Positions 39,461 to 52,796 of a stretch of 64,000 nt of DNA are shown piece by piece (position 1 is the stretch's first letter; the number at the start of each line of letters is the position of its first letter). Source of the stretch: Vicugna vicugna (Eukaryota); NCBI GenBank assembly GCA_013265495.1, contig MU057521.1, positions 496,001 through 560,000 on the forward strand, written 5' to 3'. The notes beneath the pieces are model-generated. The model was not told the origin of the DNA, did not search any database, and saw only the letters and a list, made by a program, of their open reading frames with translations. A program made the position numbers and the translations under genes.

Positions 39461-42089
39461 TCCCCGCTTAAACCATCCATCAAAATGTCACTGTTCAGTG
39501 GATGTGAAATCATTGATTGTCACTATGGATAGAAATCTCTTAGTTAATTGATGTTTTATTACCTAATTGAGGTTTTACTGCATCCTGTATCCAAGGATTA
39601 TGTGTTTATAATGTGATACTGACATATATAACATCAGATGGATAAAAGAATACAATGGATATGATGTCTATTTTTAAATAAGTTAGTAGAAATTGTACAT
39701 TATTTAGTTATACTTCATCTCATTCCATAAAGTATTTGGTGCTGTCTTCAGGAGAGCCATACCATAAATGCATAAATGCATGCATAAGTTCATGCAAGCA
39801 AACACACATACATAGGGACAAAAAACATAAAAATTGAAATGTGAAATATGGACAGAATTTAAAAAAAAAAACACAGCAGACCATAAAGCCCTTCAGCAGA
39901 GCCACAAATTACACATAATTTTACAGAATAGCAGGATTTTTCTTAAGAAACAGTTCTAAGTCCACTCTGTTTCTTGAGTAAATAATCAATAAGCCCTCAA
40001 AATTCAAAACACGGTCAGATAAGTTTAGTTTGGAAAGTAAACTGCATCTTGTAACCCCATGTAATTGTGGAAGGAATGATGAAAGCACAAATTAGACTCA
40101 GATTATTAGCTTTCTTCTCCACATCACGGGTTGCCATTGATGATTTGAAGACATGGCTCTTAAGTGTTCCCAGATTCTAAAGATTATGCACCACTACAAA
40201 GCAAGTACCCTTGCTGCAAATTTCTTTCTCTCTCCCTCCTTCTTCTCTCTCTCTTTCTCTCCATATACATACAACATTTTTAGTCATCAATCAAAAGATG
40301 TGTCATTACAATTTTTAAACTGTGCTTTATAAATCATTATAGTTTTCAGTAAACAAAGTGTACTAAAAATCCACCAATGTTCCCAAATCTTGTCCTATCT
40401 CTCTGTCATCTCTAGGTTCACACGGACACTCAGAAGCTACCAAAGGTTAAAAGTAAGGGACTGCATCTTCAACTACCGGAGGCTCCTCTCATTTGAACCC
40501 TAGGTTTAGTTCACTCCAGCAGGAGGCTGTTCCTCTCTAAAAAGAGGAAATAGGTATTTTACAAAATGTATTGCTCAAGAAGGTCAAACCCAGTTGTACC
40601 TCGTGAGGTAATCAACACAACTGAAGTGTCATTAAAGAGTGGAGGGGGGGCAGAAAGTTAAATTCCACAGATCCATGTATAGGTTAGGCCTTGCGCCATC
40701 ACTTTATTCTAACTCTACTATTCCTAGAGATATCCCTATTGTTGGGGAGTTTGTTCCAATACAATAGCCTTCCCAACACCTGAAAAAAAAAAAAACCATC
40801 ATTCACTACTTGTGGGCAGATTAATTCAGCCCAGATATGAGCCTGCATGAATTATACCTAAGTTCTCATTATGAATCGTCTTCACAGGGAAATAATGTCT
40901 CATCATATATAACTTTGTGGGAAAATGAAAGTACGTGGCGTTACTTGGAATGCAAAGGCGACCCTAACCTACTGTCATGAAGGGGTGATTTGTGGGTGAC
41001 ACTGCTCCTTACACTTCAATTCTCCTAATTACTAGAAATTCTACAGGAGCTTAAAATGACTTAAATCTAGATTTTCAGTCCAACATTGTTATGGTCTATT
41101 CGTCAACCTGTTACCACAATTATTACATGTGGGAAAATATTATCCCTGAATGGGTTCCATGTTCCTGTGATATCAAAGTGATAAATCCAATGGCTACTTT
41201 CTTTGCAGGTGATACTTGCTTGACGTAATAGTCAAATGTAAAAGTGCTGCGGCTGCAGAAATAAATAACGTCATAATTAGGGCACGTTTTCATTTTCACT
41301 AAAACTAGTTTCGATCCTGGAATTTTACATAAAAATTCATATTATGAAAGATTTACTTTTAAACTTATTAAAAAGAGTGAAAATTAATAAAATGAGTTTA
41401 ACAAATGCCAACAATTTTCCTTAAATTTTTAGGCTATTGGAAATGCTTTTTTGCTTCTGTAAAATTGACTGTTTTACAACACTTAACATTCAAATAAAGA
41501 TAGATAATTCACATTGGACTACAAGAAAATTCTTCTGAAAATTCTTTTGAAATCCAATGTCACCTCAAATAAGTTACTGAAGATTAATGTTACCACTGAG
41601 AATTCTAAAATAAATTACCACAAGAATCTAATTAGTGTAAATGTCTTTTACCCTTAAGACGGTCTAGCTCGCCACAAAACTTTTCCCTGTTTTAAAATGC
41701 AACAATAATTAAAGCTTGGTAGGGTTCCCTAGTTTCCAAAATCAATCCTTCAAAGAATGCCATAAAGGTTTAATATTACCGGCAATAGAGAAAACAACTG
41801 ATGGTATTATTTTTTATTAGTTCCTTAATCAATTAAGTCAAATACAAATGTTACAGTTTTACAAATTCAATATATACATGGGCCTGTTGACTTTAGAATG
41901 TCTTTTCCTCGTAGAGGGTGATCACTTACTACTTGTGTCTAACAGCCAAACAAAGTAAACAATTGTCTAATTATTTGCTTAATTTAGAAGCACCTAACTC
42001 ACAAATAGTGGAACTGTGCTGCAAAAGAATGATTGTAAACTCTTAATTTCAAGGATGACGGTGCAGGATTTCTCTACGGAAAGTGCAAG

Positions 42090-42310
42090 ATAGAACAGTA
42101 GGCACAAGAATGGATCCAGAAGCCAGACTTGAATTTAAATCTCATCGTGGCCACTAACTTAAAAAAGTTATTTAAACTCTCTTGGCCTCAATGTCATTAT
42201 TATAACAGAGGATAACAGAATCTGCTCCACAGAGCTGCAAAGATTAACCAGTTAACACATGTAATGCGCTTTGACCAGCACCTTGTGATCAATAAAATGT
42301 CAGCTACTGT
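42090..42310 (+). mobile_element. MIR SINE
   Basis: agccagacttgaatttaaatc...aagttatttaaactctcttggcctca...caataaaatgtcagcta. Confidence 0.7.
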
Positions 42311-43388
42311 ACACACTATTAACTACAAAAGACTTTTCCTTTCTACTCTAATGCATCTGACTCAAAAACTTAGAATAGAAACGACTTCACATATGAAATT
42401 GTTGACTTTATTTGAAATGTATGTAACATTCTTTGCCCAATATTCAGTAGGAACCAAGCAATAATGACTCCATTCGGAACATACCCTGAGGCTGTTCCCA
42501 GGTCCCAGTAACCAGGATCGTGCCACGTACGTTACGTGTGAGATTCAGTCTTGTACCCACAGTAGCAACTGAGCTTCTGTCTTACTCCTCCAAGTCTGAG
42601 TTCTTGCCTTCACTTAGGTCCAGACCACCCTCTGTGCCCTCAGGCCTCCCACAAGGAGAACCTACTGCTGATTAGTCCCAGCTCACTGCTGATCCCTTCC
42701 TGATTCCCTCTGCTTATTTCTCCTGGCATGAATTCACGGCTTCAGCCGTGAGATTTTCATTTAGCATTTATCACATTAAATGAACTGGCTTAGACTCGGC
42801 GGTGTGGAGAGGAAGAAGCGATCTCCTCCTATGGGGCTTTGCCCTCCTGCTTAGATACCTCCTGAGGCCACCACCAGATCCTCCTTCTCTGACTGGCTGC
42901 CTGGGCCCCTTCCTTGCTTGCGTCTGTGGTCGTCTTAGTCTGTCGAACTGATTTGCTATAATTCCTCCAAGAAGCCAAATGCCCCTTTGATGCCCAAGGA
43001 GACCAGCAACTGACTCCATGGGAAGTCAGTGGCCACGAGAGGACAGCTGTGGCCTTCTACTCTCCATCTAGGCTGCTCAGGCTTCTTGGAGTCAAGGACC
43101 AAGGCATTCCTTGCTTAAACATGAATGTCATCTCACTGGCCTGATGGCACCAAACCGCTCTGACTGTACCCACCACTCCTCCTCTGCTATGCAGAACTGG
43201 ATACTGCTCATGATGGTGCCTTCACCCATCCACCTTCCCCTGAATCTCAAGCCCAATGAGGCCAACTTGATTCAAAGGCCATTGCTATCATTCAGAACCA
43301 TGTCTACCCACAAAGATGCATCTGATGAAGTTGGTGACCTCCTGCCTGAACCCAACTCTGCAGAAACAAAGGGATTAAGAAGGGGCCC

Positions 43389-43516
43389 TGTAATAACCTT
43401 TAATGGAAAAAAATATGAAAATTAATATATGTATGTACATGCATGACTGGGACATTGTGCTGTACACCAGAGATTGACACATTGTAATTGGCTGCACTTC
43501 AATTAAAAAAAAAAAA
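43389..43516 (+). mobile_element. Young, heavily 5'-truncated L1 3' end (camelid-type) with poly(A)
   Basis: tgtaataacctttaatggaaaaaaatatgaaa...gcatgactgggacattgtgctgtacaccag...cttcaatt-A12; flanks aagaaggggccc / aagaagccc. Confidence 0.85.
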
Positions 43517-43744
43517 GAAGCCCATCTATTTTGTTGCAGTCACCCTAACCAACGATCCTTTCCTTTGGAGAACTCTTGTTTTCAAAGCACATACAATTCA
43601 GGAGAGAAATGTTATGCATCCCACAGAGAATGGGTGTGGGAGAGGATGTGCAGCCCGAGGGAAAGCAGCCTTCATCGGAGGCACAGCAACGTGCAGGGCA
43701 ACGTAACTGATCTGATTCACATTTAACCTCCCTTGATGCTTGCA

Positions 43745-43860
43745 ACACTTTGAACCATATAGATTAAGCCACGTTTTACTGATGAAGAAATAGAAACAGA
43801 GAAGTATGTAGTTTAGTCAAGGCCACACAGATCCTGAGTAACACAGCTGGCACCCTCTTT
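43745..43860 (-). mobile_element. MIR SINE core
   Basis: gttttactgatgaagaaatagaaacagagaagt...gtcaaggccacacag. Confidence 0.6.
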
Positions 43861-44254
43861 CCTCAATATAAGACCACCTCCTAGAAAGAGCACAGCCACA
43901 GAACCTCTGTGGGGTAACGTTTTGTTATACAGATGAACCAGCGGCTGAATGAGGCCACAGACAGCTATGATAGCTGCATTAACAAAATAACTAGGACTTT
44001 CTCGGCAACAGAGACATTCCAGAGTCATTACCAGTTTCCACTTGAGCCTGCCAGTAATCCTGACCCAAGCCGGTCCCATCAGACCAGAACAAACAAAAAT
44101 AATAGGAGTTGGGTAACTCCCAGGCACCCCCTCTGCTCTTCAACGAAGGCACACAGGTCTTAGAACGATTTACCTCTCCATCTCATGAGCAGCTCTGGCC
44201 CTTGATTCATGTTCCAAGCTAGTACCTCTTAAACTTCATGTGTGCACTTATCAA

Positions 44255-44530
44255 TTTAACAATCAACAAATGTTTTAAGCTGTGAGAGAGGTCCCTGGGC
44301 TCTAGAGATGAGATGAACATGACTGGGTTCCTTTCCCCAAACTGTTGATGTTCCAGTGAGAGGAAGAAGCTGTTCAACGGCTAAGCTCAGCATCATTTGA
44401 AAGGTGTTATACAAGAGGTGCGAGCCCAGGGCTTTGGTGAGATCAGAGGAGGAGGAGGAGGGCTGGGCTGAGGAAGGTTTCACTGAGAAGGTAACATCCA
44501 AGCGCTATGTAAAAGATGAGTGAGGCATGA
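44255..44530 (+). mobile_element. L2 3' fragment
   Basis: caatcaacaaatgttttaagc...gaggaaggtttcactgagaaggtaacat. Confidence 0.65.
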
Positions 44531-46694
44531 GATCGTACATTTGGGTTTTTTGATGGAGTTTACAATCCTGGTGATCCAAGATAAATCCCAAGCAAAGTGA
44601 CAAAGTTTTCTGTATGAATGTTTATAATACACATCTTATCTTGAACTGAATGGACTTGCTAGTGCTTTTGTTTTTTTTTGGCATTTTTCATGAGCATTCA
44701 ATCCATTTTCATCCCAAACTCTGCAATATACTTACCAAGCCCTCTAACTCCAGCTAAGGTAGCATTTGGACTGTCAGCCTCAACAACCCACAGCAGTTTA
44801 ATCTAGGTTCCAGCTTGGCACACTGCTTCTTCCCTCTAGAGCCATTTTTATTTCCATGGAGTTTCCAACTTAAAAACAAAACCGAAAAACCTAGTTAGGA
44901 CACTTTTATGTAGCATGCTCAAATAAAAAGTGTCTTTTATCTTGCTTTGAAACTGAAAAACAGACTGGCAAATATTTCTTGGCTAAAAGATAAACATTCC
45001 AGGTGTCACGACAACAAATGCAAAAGCTTTAATACTAAAACCTATCTGATTAGTGTTGAGTCCTTAAGAGGCTCTTGGTACGGCCACTGTGGGGTACGCA
45101 GTATCTGCTGGTCCTGGAGGTAGAAGCCAGACTTCAGAGTTCTAAAGACTGAATGATAACATTTTCAAATCACCATGGAGCTTTCCTGGAAGGCAAGGTA
45201 AATTCTTCCTTGAAGAGAATATATGCAGATTTAGCTAGTTTCCAAATGGAAAGATGAGCTGCAAAGTTTTATACCACTTGGAGGTTATATTTGCCCAGTG
45301 GGAAGACCAGTTAAAAGAGAATTATAGTAGTTTAGCCTTGAAAAAAATTTTTAAAAGGAAAGCAATGAATCAACGCTCTTGGATTTTGAGCAGTGCTTTT
45401 AGGCTTAATGTTACAGTACATTATTCCCCCTGCAGAGGAAAAGAAATATTTTAAATTATATTATTATTGTGATTCATAAATAAGAATATGGCACTGAGTT
45501 ATTTTAATCTGACACTGATGCTACCAGCAATTACAGCTTTTCATTGCAACAGAAGTGTGCTACTATCAGAGATAAGAAAAAGCAGCCATGAATGATATTA
45601 ATTTATTTGCATTTTGATTATTAAGTCTATTTTTAAAAGTCATTAGTAAGAAAAAATGAGCCAAGTCAGTAATGTTCCTGATGTTCTGTATAATGTTCTG
45701 TCTAATTAAAGACAACAGTATTTATGCTATTTGATGTATATGTTATACGATATGTAATAGTCTCATTACCAGATTAAAAGCACCCTACAACCAGGATGGT
45801 CCTGGTGTTTTGTTTTGGGGGTTTGTTTATTTGTTTGCGTGTTGTTTTTATTTTTACTTGGTAGTATTTGATTGGAAAGGAACAAATTAAAAAGGAAAAA
45901 AACTCAATGGATCAACAAAATTCAAAGTCAGTACCTACGTCTGACTTGACACTGGGGACAAAGGCTCTAATTAAGAGATATTCAAATAAGGCCAAATTCA
46001 GTTCAGGATTTCAAATTTTAAAGGCTGTTATTGTTCCTTTGCTTAGCATCCTAGTGGCCTAATTATGAAGCAAGGAAGCAATTTTTATGGACACTGAAGA
46101 TGCTGATGTGAAACCAAACTGAACTCTTACCTGGAAATCAATTCCACATGGATTGGGTAGTATGGCTTTCAGGAGTTATGCAAAGTTAATGTCATAGGGT
46201 GTTTTACGTATCCTCTATAGCTAGCTTGTTCGAACTCTAGAAGCTTCTATATCTAGATCCTTCAATATGCCTTCATGGGTCATTGTTACCAATTCTCCAA
46301 AGAAATAAATGCTATTAGTTATCAGAAGGGTGATTTATCCTCCATGATGAAAATGTGATGAATCTTTGAATCTATTTCAACAACGGGTGGGTATTATTTC
46401 CACCCATGGAAATAATATGGAGACACACTCACACTCACTCCTGTCAGAGTACAGAAAGGAGAGAGGAGAGTAGGCAAAAGCAGATGAGAAGAGTTCACTC
46501 CCACGGTAACCATCACTGATGTCAGCTGCAAAAATGTAGGATTATCCAGATGTAAAAGTGTCACCGGAAAGCATTACATTTGCTAAAACAACCCCTGTGG
46601 ATGAAATAAACCTCCTTAGACAAAGAAGAATGCAAGAAATTCCAGTCTAAAAACATGATTTGGAACTAAAATATCTACCCCTGGTCTCAGATGT

Positions 46695-46785
46695 ACTGTG
46701 TCCCTACTCTGGTTGGTTATGAATCCCTAGTGCCTAGCTTATACTAGTAGACATAAAATAAATGTTTATGAATACATGAGTGAGC
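46695..46785 (-). mobile_element. L2 3' end
   Basis: atccctagtgcctagc...taaatgtttatgaatacatgagtga. Confidence 0.5.
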
Positions 46786-47764
46786 TACGGAAATAGTCCA
46801 AAGGGGTCTAATTATCTGAAAGCAAACAGGAGTTACATAATTAGAAAAAAATTTACAAAAGCCTGGGATGTTTTTATTTCCAGTTGTCTTCATTTTATTC
46901 TATGGCCTTCCTTTTATGTTTGAACTGCTCTAGCCTGTAATTCCTTCTTCTGAAAAATAGAGCACGTCCATTATATCAGAGATACACGTAAGAAAACAAA
47001 ACACACAAACAAACAAAAAACCCACACAGATTCTGTTACCTACTAAGACCAGACCTAAAAACCCGGGAAAGGCACTCAGGTAGGCAGATACCACAACTGC
47101 AAATGCGGCTGAGTGCTGAAACACGAAAGCCCTCAAAGAACTTTATTAAAAGAAAAAGCTTTTAACTATGTTAACAGTACATCAGACACATTTATTTTGT
47201 TTGTTTATTTTAGTTCCCTACACAGCCTCTAAGTAAGAGGTCCCACAGAGAACATCCCCCATGTCCCTGGAGATGCGAGCAGCCCCACAGGCTCACTTCC
47301 CAGACTTACTGCACAGTCTTTTCTCCCTCGAGGTCTTGCCATTTTCTCACGACCCCACCACAAAGGGAATTCCACTCTTAGGACTCAGAGACATTTCCCA
47401 CTTACACACTTTAGATGAATCTCTGCCTTCTTCTCTCTCTCCCCTCCGAAAAACCCCCTCTTTATGTTCCCTCCCTAAGGTATGCGGCATGACTAAGAGC
47501 ATTGGCTCCTTAAAAAAAAAAAATTATAGCCCTTGGTTTCAATCAGTCCCCTCTTTCTTTAAACGTCTACTGACTAAAACCCACTTTAAGCCTCTCCCGA
47601 GGGAAGGAATTGCAAGGTCTGGATACCTGCTTATAAAAGTAGGAAGGAAAAATAAAGGTGAGAAACAAACAAACAAACAAATATCCTAGGAACTCTCACG
47701 GCTTGTCTACTTCTATTATGTCTAAAACAGCACCCTAGCCCCTATTCACCAAAATCTTCCTTCC

Positions 47765-48540
47765 CTTCATTCATTAATAAGAACTTATGAAGTCCTTCCT
47801 ATGTGCTCGGCACTGCGAAGTGTTCCATCCGTGCATAAGGCCAGCTTGGTACCTGCTACCTCAGACTTTACTATCTAGTGAGACACAAAGACAAGTCAAC
47901 ATGCAAAGGGAAGACAGTATTAAAGTGCTGTGACAGGAAATATACAGGGAATTCTTAGAGCCACAGAGGGGACAGTGACACCTGGGTGTGGCCACTAGAG
48001 CCAAACAACGCTTCCCAAAGGAGGTGACATCTAAGAGACCCCTGGAAGAAGAACAGGGATCAGCCATGGAAAGAAAAGAGGAAAGAGAACGAAAAGGAAG
48101 GACAGGAAATAAAGAAAGGAAGATTTCAGACTTCAAAAACAGCCTATGCACAAGTTCAAAACTAAAGAAATAGGAGCCAAAGATTTAGAAATGAGTTCTG
48201 CATGTCTGGAGAAGAGAAACCAGGAGATATGGCTGGAGAGGAAGTAGGTGTCAAATCAAGAAGAACCTTCAGCCAAGTTAAAGGGTTTGGGCATTCTACT
48301 GAGGGCGAGGGGAGAAAACTAGCCCCCTAGCTATGATGTGGAGGATGCCCTGGCAGAGGCAAAAGGAGAATCAGGGAGTCCAGCACAGAGGCAGGTGGTC
48401 CAGGTGAGAGATGGTGTGGCAAAACCTACAGCAGTGATGGCCCAGATGGTGGGAAGGAGCGGGCTATGAGAGATAGAGAAGATAGAAGTGACATGACCAG
48501 GAATCTGGAAGTGTGGGTAAAGGGAGAAAGGTTAGGAATA
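47765..48540 (+). mobile_element. L2 LINE 3' region
   Basis: ttcattcattaataag..., cttcccaaaggaggtgacatctaag, gtggtccaggtgagagatgg. Confidence 0.75.
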
Positions 48541-48900
48541 ATCCATCCATTTAATAAATATCTACTGAGCATCCATTCTATGCCAAACATTGTTCTCTGT
48601 GCCAAGAATACAAGGGTAACCAGGAGAGTCATACTTCGTCACTAAGGTAAAAGTATGGAGAAATTCACATACTAGTCCCATAACCACAAAAAAAATTTGT
48701 AATTAAAACTCATGTCAGGAGCTCTTCAGGAAAACTAAAGAATATGATAAGAGATCATAATTGAGGGCTGGTTTAAACTAGAAGACTTAAAGAAGACTTC
48801 TCTGAAGGGGTAACCTTTTAACTGAGTCCTGAAAAATTAAGCCCAGTGACAAAAGGGAAGAACGATCCAGGCAGAAGAAGTAACGTGGAGGGAGGCAACA
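48541..48900 (+). mobile_element. Second L2 3' fragment
   Basis: atccatccatttaataaatatctactgagcatccattctatgccaaacattgttct. Confidence 0.7.
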
Positions 48901-49789
48901 GTATTGAGACAGATTCAAAAGGAGGATGGACAGACTCAGTGAGAGACTGGATGTGGGACTGAGGGAGGAGGAAGGACGCCTAAGGAGTGATCACCAGCTT
49001 GCAGGTGACAAACAATGATCAGTGATTAGTTTCAACCAGTCTCTTCCTTCACAACAAACCGCCCAAGTCATCAGGCGTTGCTTCCACTTGAGCCCATTTC
49101 TGTGCTGTGATGCAGCCCCCTGTCTTCAACTGGTTGACCATTCTAAGTATGAGGGAAAAAATGGGTATAGGATCTTTTTGTCCTCACATGGGGAACTCAT
49201 CCTTTGTCTTTTCAGAGTGTGACCACGTCACTTTCCTTGACTCTCTGCAAATAGGAGGACCAACGAATTCAGCTCAGATCTACACACTCCTAAGCCTTAC
49301 TTGGGAATGATTCTGACTAATTGGTAATGGCCAATAATGTGTTACCCTCTTTGGATCAGTGATTTACGCGTCAAAGGGAATATTCCTTACCTTGACCTAC
49401 TGATTTTCCACACATTTTAAACAGGAGAATTCTTTCATCAAACTTACAGACTTACTCTTACAAAGAAGCTCAACCTTGAGAGCAGATGAAAAGGGAGCTG
49501 TTCTGGCGGAAGCTCCGATGAAGGTTCTGGCTCTGCTCTCATCCCCTCCCCTCTCCAAAGTTATCCCTGGAACTTTGAGGTTTTGCCTCAGTTCAAAGTT
49601 AAGTTGGGAAAACAGCAGGAAAGTCTAGGATCGAGTAAGAAACAGACATTCTCAAATCCTAACATGAAAGTTAGAAAGAAATGAAAGATAAGTAAACCTA
49701 GGGTTCCTATGACCCTTTTCTCTTTATGAAAATAATATTTCAAGTCTGCATTATGCGTTTACGTGCTAACTGACAAACAAAAAAGGCAT

Positions 49790-50150
49790 CAACCAGGGTC
49801 TTGGCAAGAAGCAGAAGGGACTCAGATTAGGTCATCTGAGGAAAGTTTCGTACCTGTGTACAAGGTGTGAGAGGCCACAGTGGATAACAGGGAATCCCAT
49901 TAGAACAGATGCGAGTTTTCATCCCCAGGCTGGGAGGAGGGACCACACAGGGACAGGTCCTTGGTCAGCATGGGGAGCCCCTCAGGGTGAAAGCTGAGGA
50001 AAGCTGCCCTGATCTCACTCTGATTGCCCTCTGCCCTGATGCTACCAGAAGCCAGAAGACAAGGAAGCCTGAGGCAGACCCTCAGACCTGAGTGAGAAAA
50101 GGTAGAAAGCAGAAACAACAAACCGGAAATACACAGTACAGGCAGTTGGC
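49790..50150 (-). mobile_element. ERVL/MaLR-type LTR remnant
   Basis: ccagggtcttggcaagaagcagaagggactcagattagg...accagaagccagaagacaaggaagcc. Confidence 0.5.
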
Positions 50151-51182
50151 TTGATTTAGAGGTAAGTGAATATTTTAATATAATTTTCAAAGTTGGAATA
50201 CAGTAAAAATATAAGCTCACTTAGCAGGTGATGTAAGATGGCAATTTTTATGATGCCAAGTTCAGAAAAACGATGTAAGCTCCTGAGTGCTCAAAATAAT
50301 TTTTTGACATCATGGTACAATGATTTGAGTTGTCACAATTGCTACAAAGAAGTTTCTTGTGAGGTTTTGCTTCAAGTGAGTTGGTGAAAATACTCAGGGG
50401 ACAGCAACATAACTAAATGCCTCCAAAATGCCTTCTCCCTCTCCCCTGCCCCTGCCTCCTCCTCTTGTTTTCTGCCCCCCGACACCCACATCACATTCCA
50501 TGTTGCTATTGCTTCCTGAAATGTGAGTCAGTCACCAGACCTCAATGCCCCCAACTCCAGGAAACTAGGCTTTTCAAGAGGTCCCTCCCTGCCCCCCACT
50601 CGACACAGGAGGCAGCATCGTCCCAAGACAGTAATAAAGTCCCAAGGAGATCTAGTTAAGGAAACTCTTCTGTGCTCTCTCCACCCAGAGTGTCTTCTTG
50701 TGGATTCTGACTTGAGTTCTCAGTCACCAACACTGAAATTCCTTCTTGGAGTTGACACTCCACCTTGTAATTTCACATCTATTCTATTTTGGTGCCTTGG
50801 ACAAAACTTTAAGGCTAACATCCTATTATATATTCGTATGTACATTCACGCATACTTCTATATTCTATTTTACACTTCATACTTTTATAGCTCCAGGGTT
50901 TAGACAGTTCAACTCTGGGATTCCTCAAACTACTAAAAGTCACTGTCCAGTGGAGGCTTTTATAGAGTAAATAGGTGCAAGACTAAAATCCATCTACCTA
51001 TTCATCCATCATTTGCTACCAGAGGAATTTAAAGAGGGCTACAAATAACACAATAACATGTTTTTAATGGATGAAATTAGGAGAAGATAAGCATTAACTG
51101 TTCTCATATAGTCCTTTGAGTTTGGATTGCATGGTATTTAATGACTCAATTGTAAATAATTAAATAGGTGATTACTCTGTAC

Positions 51183-51315
51183 CATTGGTTCTTCAGCATG
51201 TGTAAGAATCACATGGAGGCTATTACACTTAAGATTCCCAGGGATCTTTCCAAACATCTACATTTTAATAAGGTGATTCTGCTGCATGAGTTCAAAGAAC
51301 AGTTGAGAAACTCTT
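51183..51315. mobile_element. MER5-family MITE remnant
   Basis: cattggttcttcag...aagaatcacatggagg...cattttaataaggtgattctg...agttgagaaac. Confidence 0.55.
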
Positions 51316-51591
51316 CTACTACCCTGGTGATGGACAAAAATAGAATTGTGGGTGCCTGTGGGCATGACACGTGGACACTGTGCCCTTAATATACCTAAAA
51401 GAAGCCCTGTTACCTGCCTTAGTCAGTATCCTGACTACTCAATCAAGAAGGTTATTTAATGCTTAAATCATAAAATTCATAAAATTTGTGTTTTCAATAA
51501 ATTTTGAAATATGATACATATTTATTCACCAATCTTTTTTTACGGGATTAAGCCTTTTTTTTTTTTTTTTGTGTATGGTTTTTCTTTGACA

Positions 51592-51976
51592 NNNNNNNNN
51601 NNNNNNNNNNNNNNNNNNNNNNNNNNNNNNNNNNNNNNNNNNNNNNNNNNNNNNNNNNNNNNNNNNNNNNNNNNNNNNNNNNNNNNNNNNNNNNNNNNNN
51701 NNNNNNNNNNNNNNNNNNNNNNNNNNNNNNNNNNNNNNNNNNNNNNNNNNNNNNNNNNNNNNNNNNNNNNNNNNNNNNNNNNNNNNNNNNNNNNNNNNNN
51801 NNNNNNNNNNNNNNNNNNNNNNNNNNNNNNNNNNNNNNNNNNNNNNNNNNNNNNNNNNNNNNNNNNNNNNNNNNNNNNNNNNNNNNNNNNNNNNNNNNNN
51901 NNNNNNNNNNNNNNNNNNNNNNNNNNNNNNNNNNNNNNNNNNNNNNNNNNNNNNNNNNNNNNNNNNNNNNNNNNNN
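51592..51976. other. Assembly gap (385 N)
   Basis: Run of N with poly(T) tracts on both sides. Confidence 1.
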
Positions 51977-52439
51977 TTTTTTTTTTTTTTTTGAGTATGG
52001 GTCTTCTCTGACAGATGTTCTAAAAGACCATTCTTTCCTAAACCACACCCCTAAGGCATTTCCTGCAGTTTCCAGTTCTGGTTTCTTTAAAGTGGAGTCA
52101 GAATCTAGAGACAAAATGAACGCAAAATCCTTCTGGATTTGTCCTGTTTCCTTCTAGGACTTTATGGTTAGATTGTCCACACCCAGTTTTACAGTTGTAT
52201 ATTTTTGGCTACTCATCCCATGCCTCTACAGAACATCTGATTTAATTTTCAAGAAGACAAAACCTCAAACCCCTTCTTCTGTAATGAATTCATATGACAA
52301 GGGTTGATACAAGTGGAATTCAGCTAAAGGATGGCAATAACAAGAACAACTCGCACAAACAACTTCGGGAAAGAGAGCCACTGGCTCTTGAAAAGATAAA
52401 CTTCACCACAGGGAACAGAAGTGCAGGGCTGGACCAGAG

Positions 52440-52629
52440 CAGGGCTGGCAAACTCTTTCTTAAAGGGCTACACAGTAAATATTTTAGACTGTCTCAGCCA
52501 CCCAACTCTGCCTTGTGGCACAAAAGCAGCTGTAGGTTATAAGTGAACAAACGAGTGTGGCTGTGTTTCAATAAAATTTTATTCACAAAAACAAGCAGCT
52601 GGCCCACAGATAAGAGTTGGCCCACCCTG
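52440..52629. mobile_element. MER58A hAT-Charlie MITE
   Basis: cagggctggcaaact...gtaaatatttta...tgtggctgtgtttcaataaaattttatt...ccaccctg; TSD gaccagag/gactagag. Confidence 0.9.
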
Positions 52630-52637
52630 GACTAGAG

Positions 52638-52796
52638 CAGTGGTTCTCAAATATTAACATGCATTAAAATCAACCGGAATTTCTGATTCAGTAGGTGCAG
52701 CAAGGCTCTTAGCCAAGCCTAAGAATCTGCATTTCTAGCAAATCCCTGCATAATACTGCTACTGCTGGTCCAAGGACCACACCTGGAGAAGCACAA
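52638..52796. mobile_element. MER5A hAT-Charlie MITE
   Basis: cagtggttctcaaa...tttctgattcagtaggt...aagaatctgcatttcta...ggaccacac; TSD gactagag on both sides. Confidence 0.9.

Noticed and set aside
46125..46300. Minus-strand CAG|GTAAGA donor
   Set aside because: All three upstream frames contain stops and there is no convincing acceptor.
51511..52114. 166-aa and 188-aa ORFs
   Set aside because: Artefacts of translating through the N gap.
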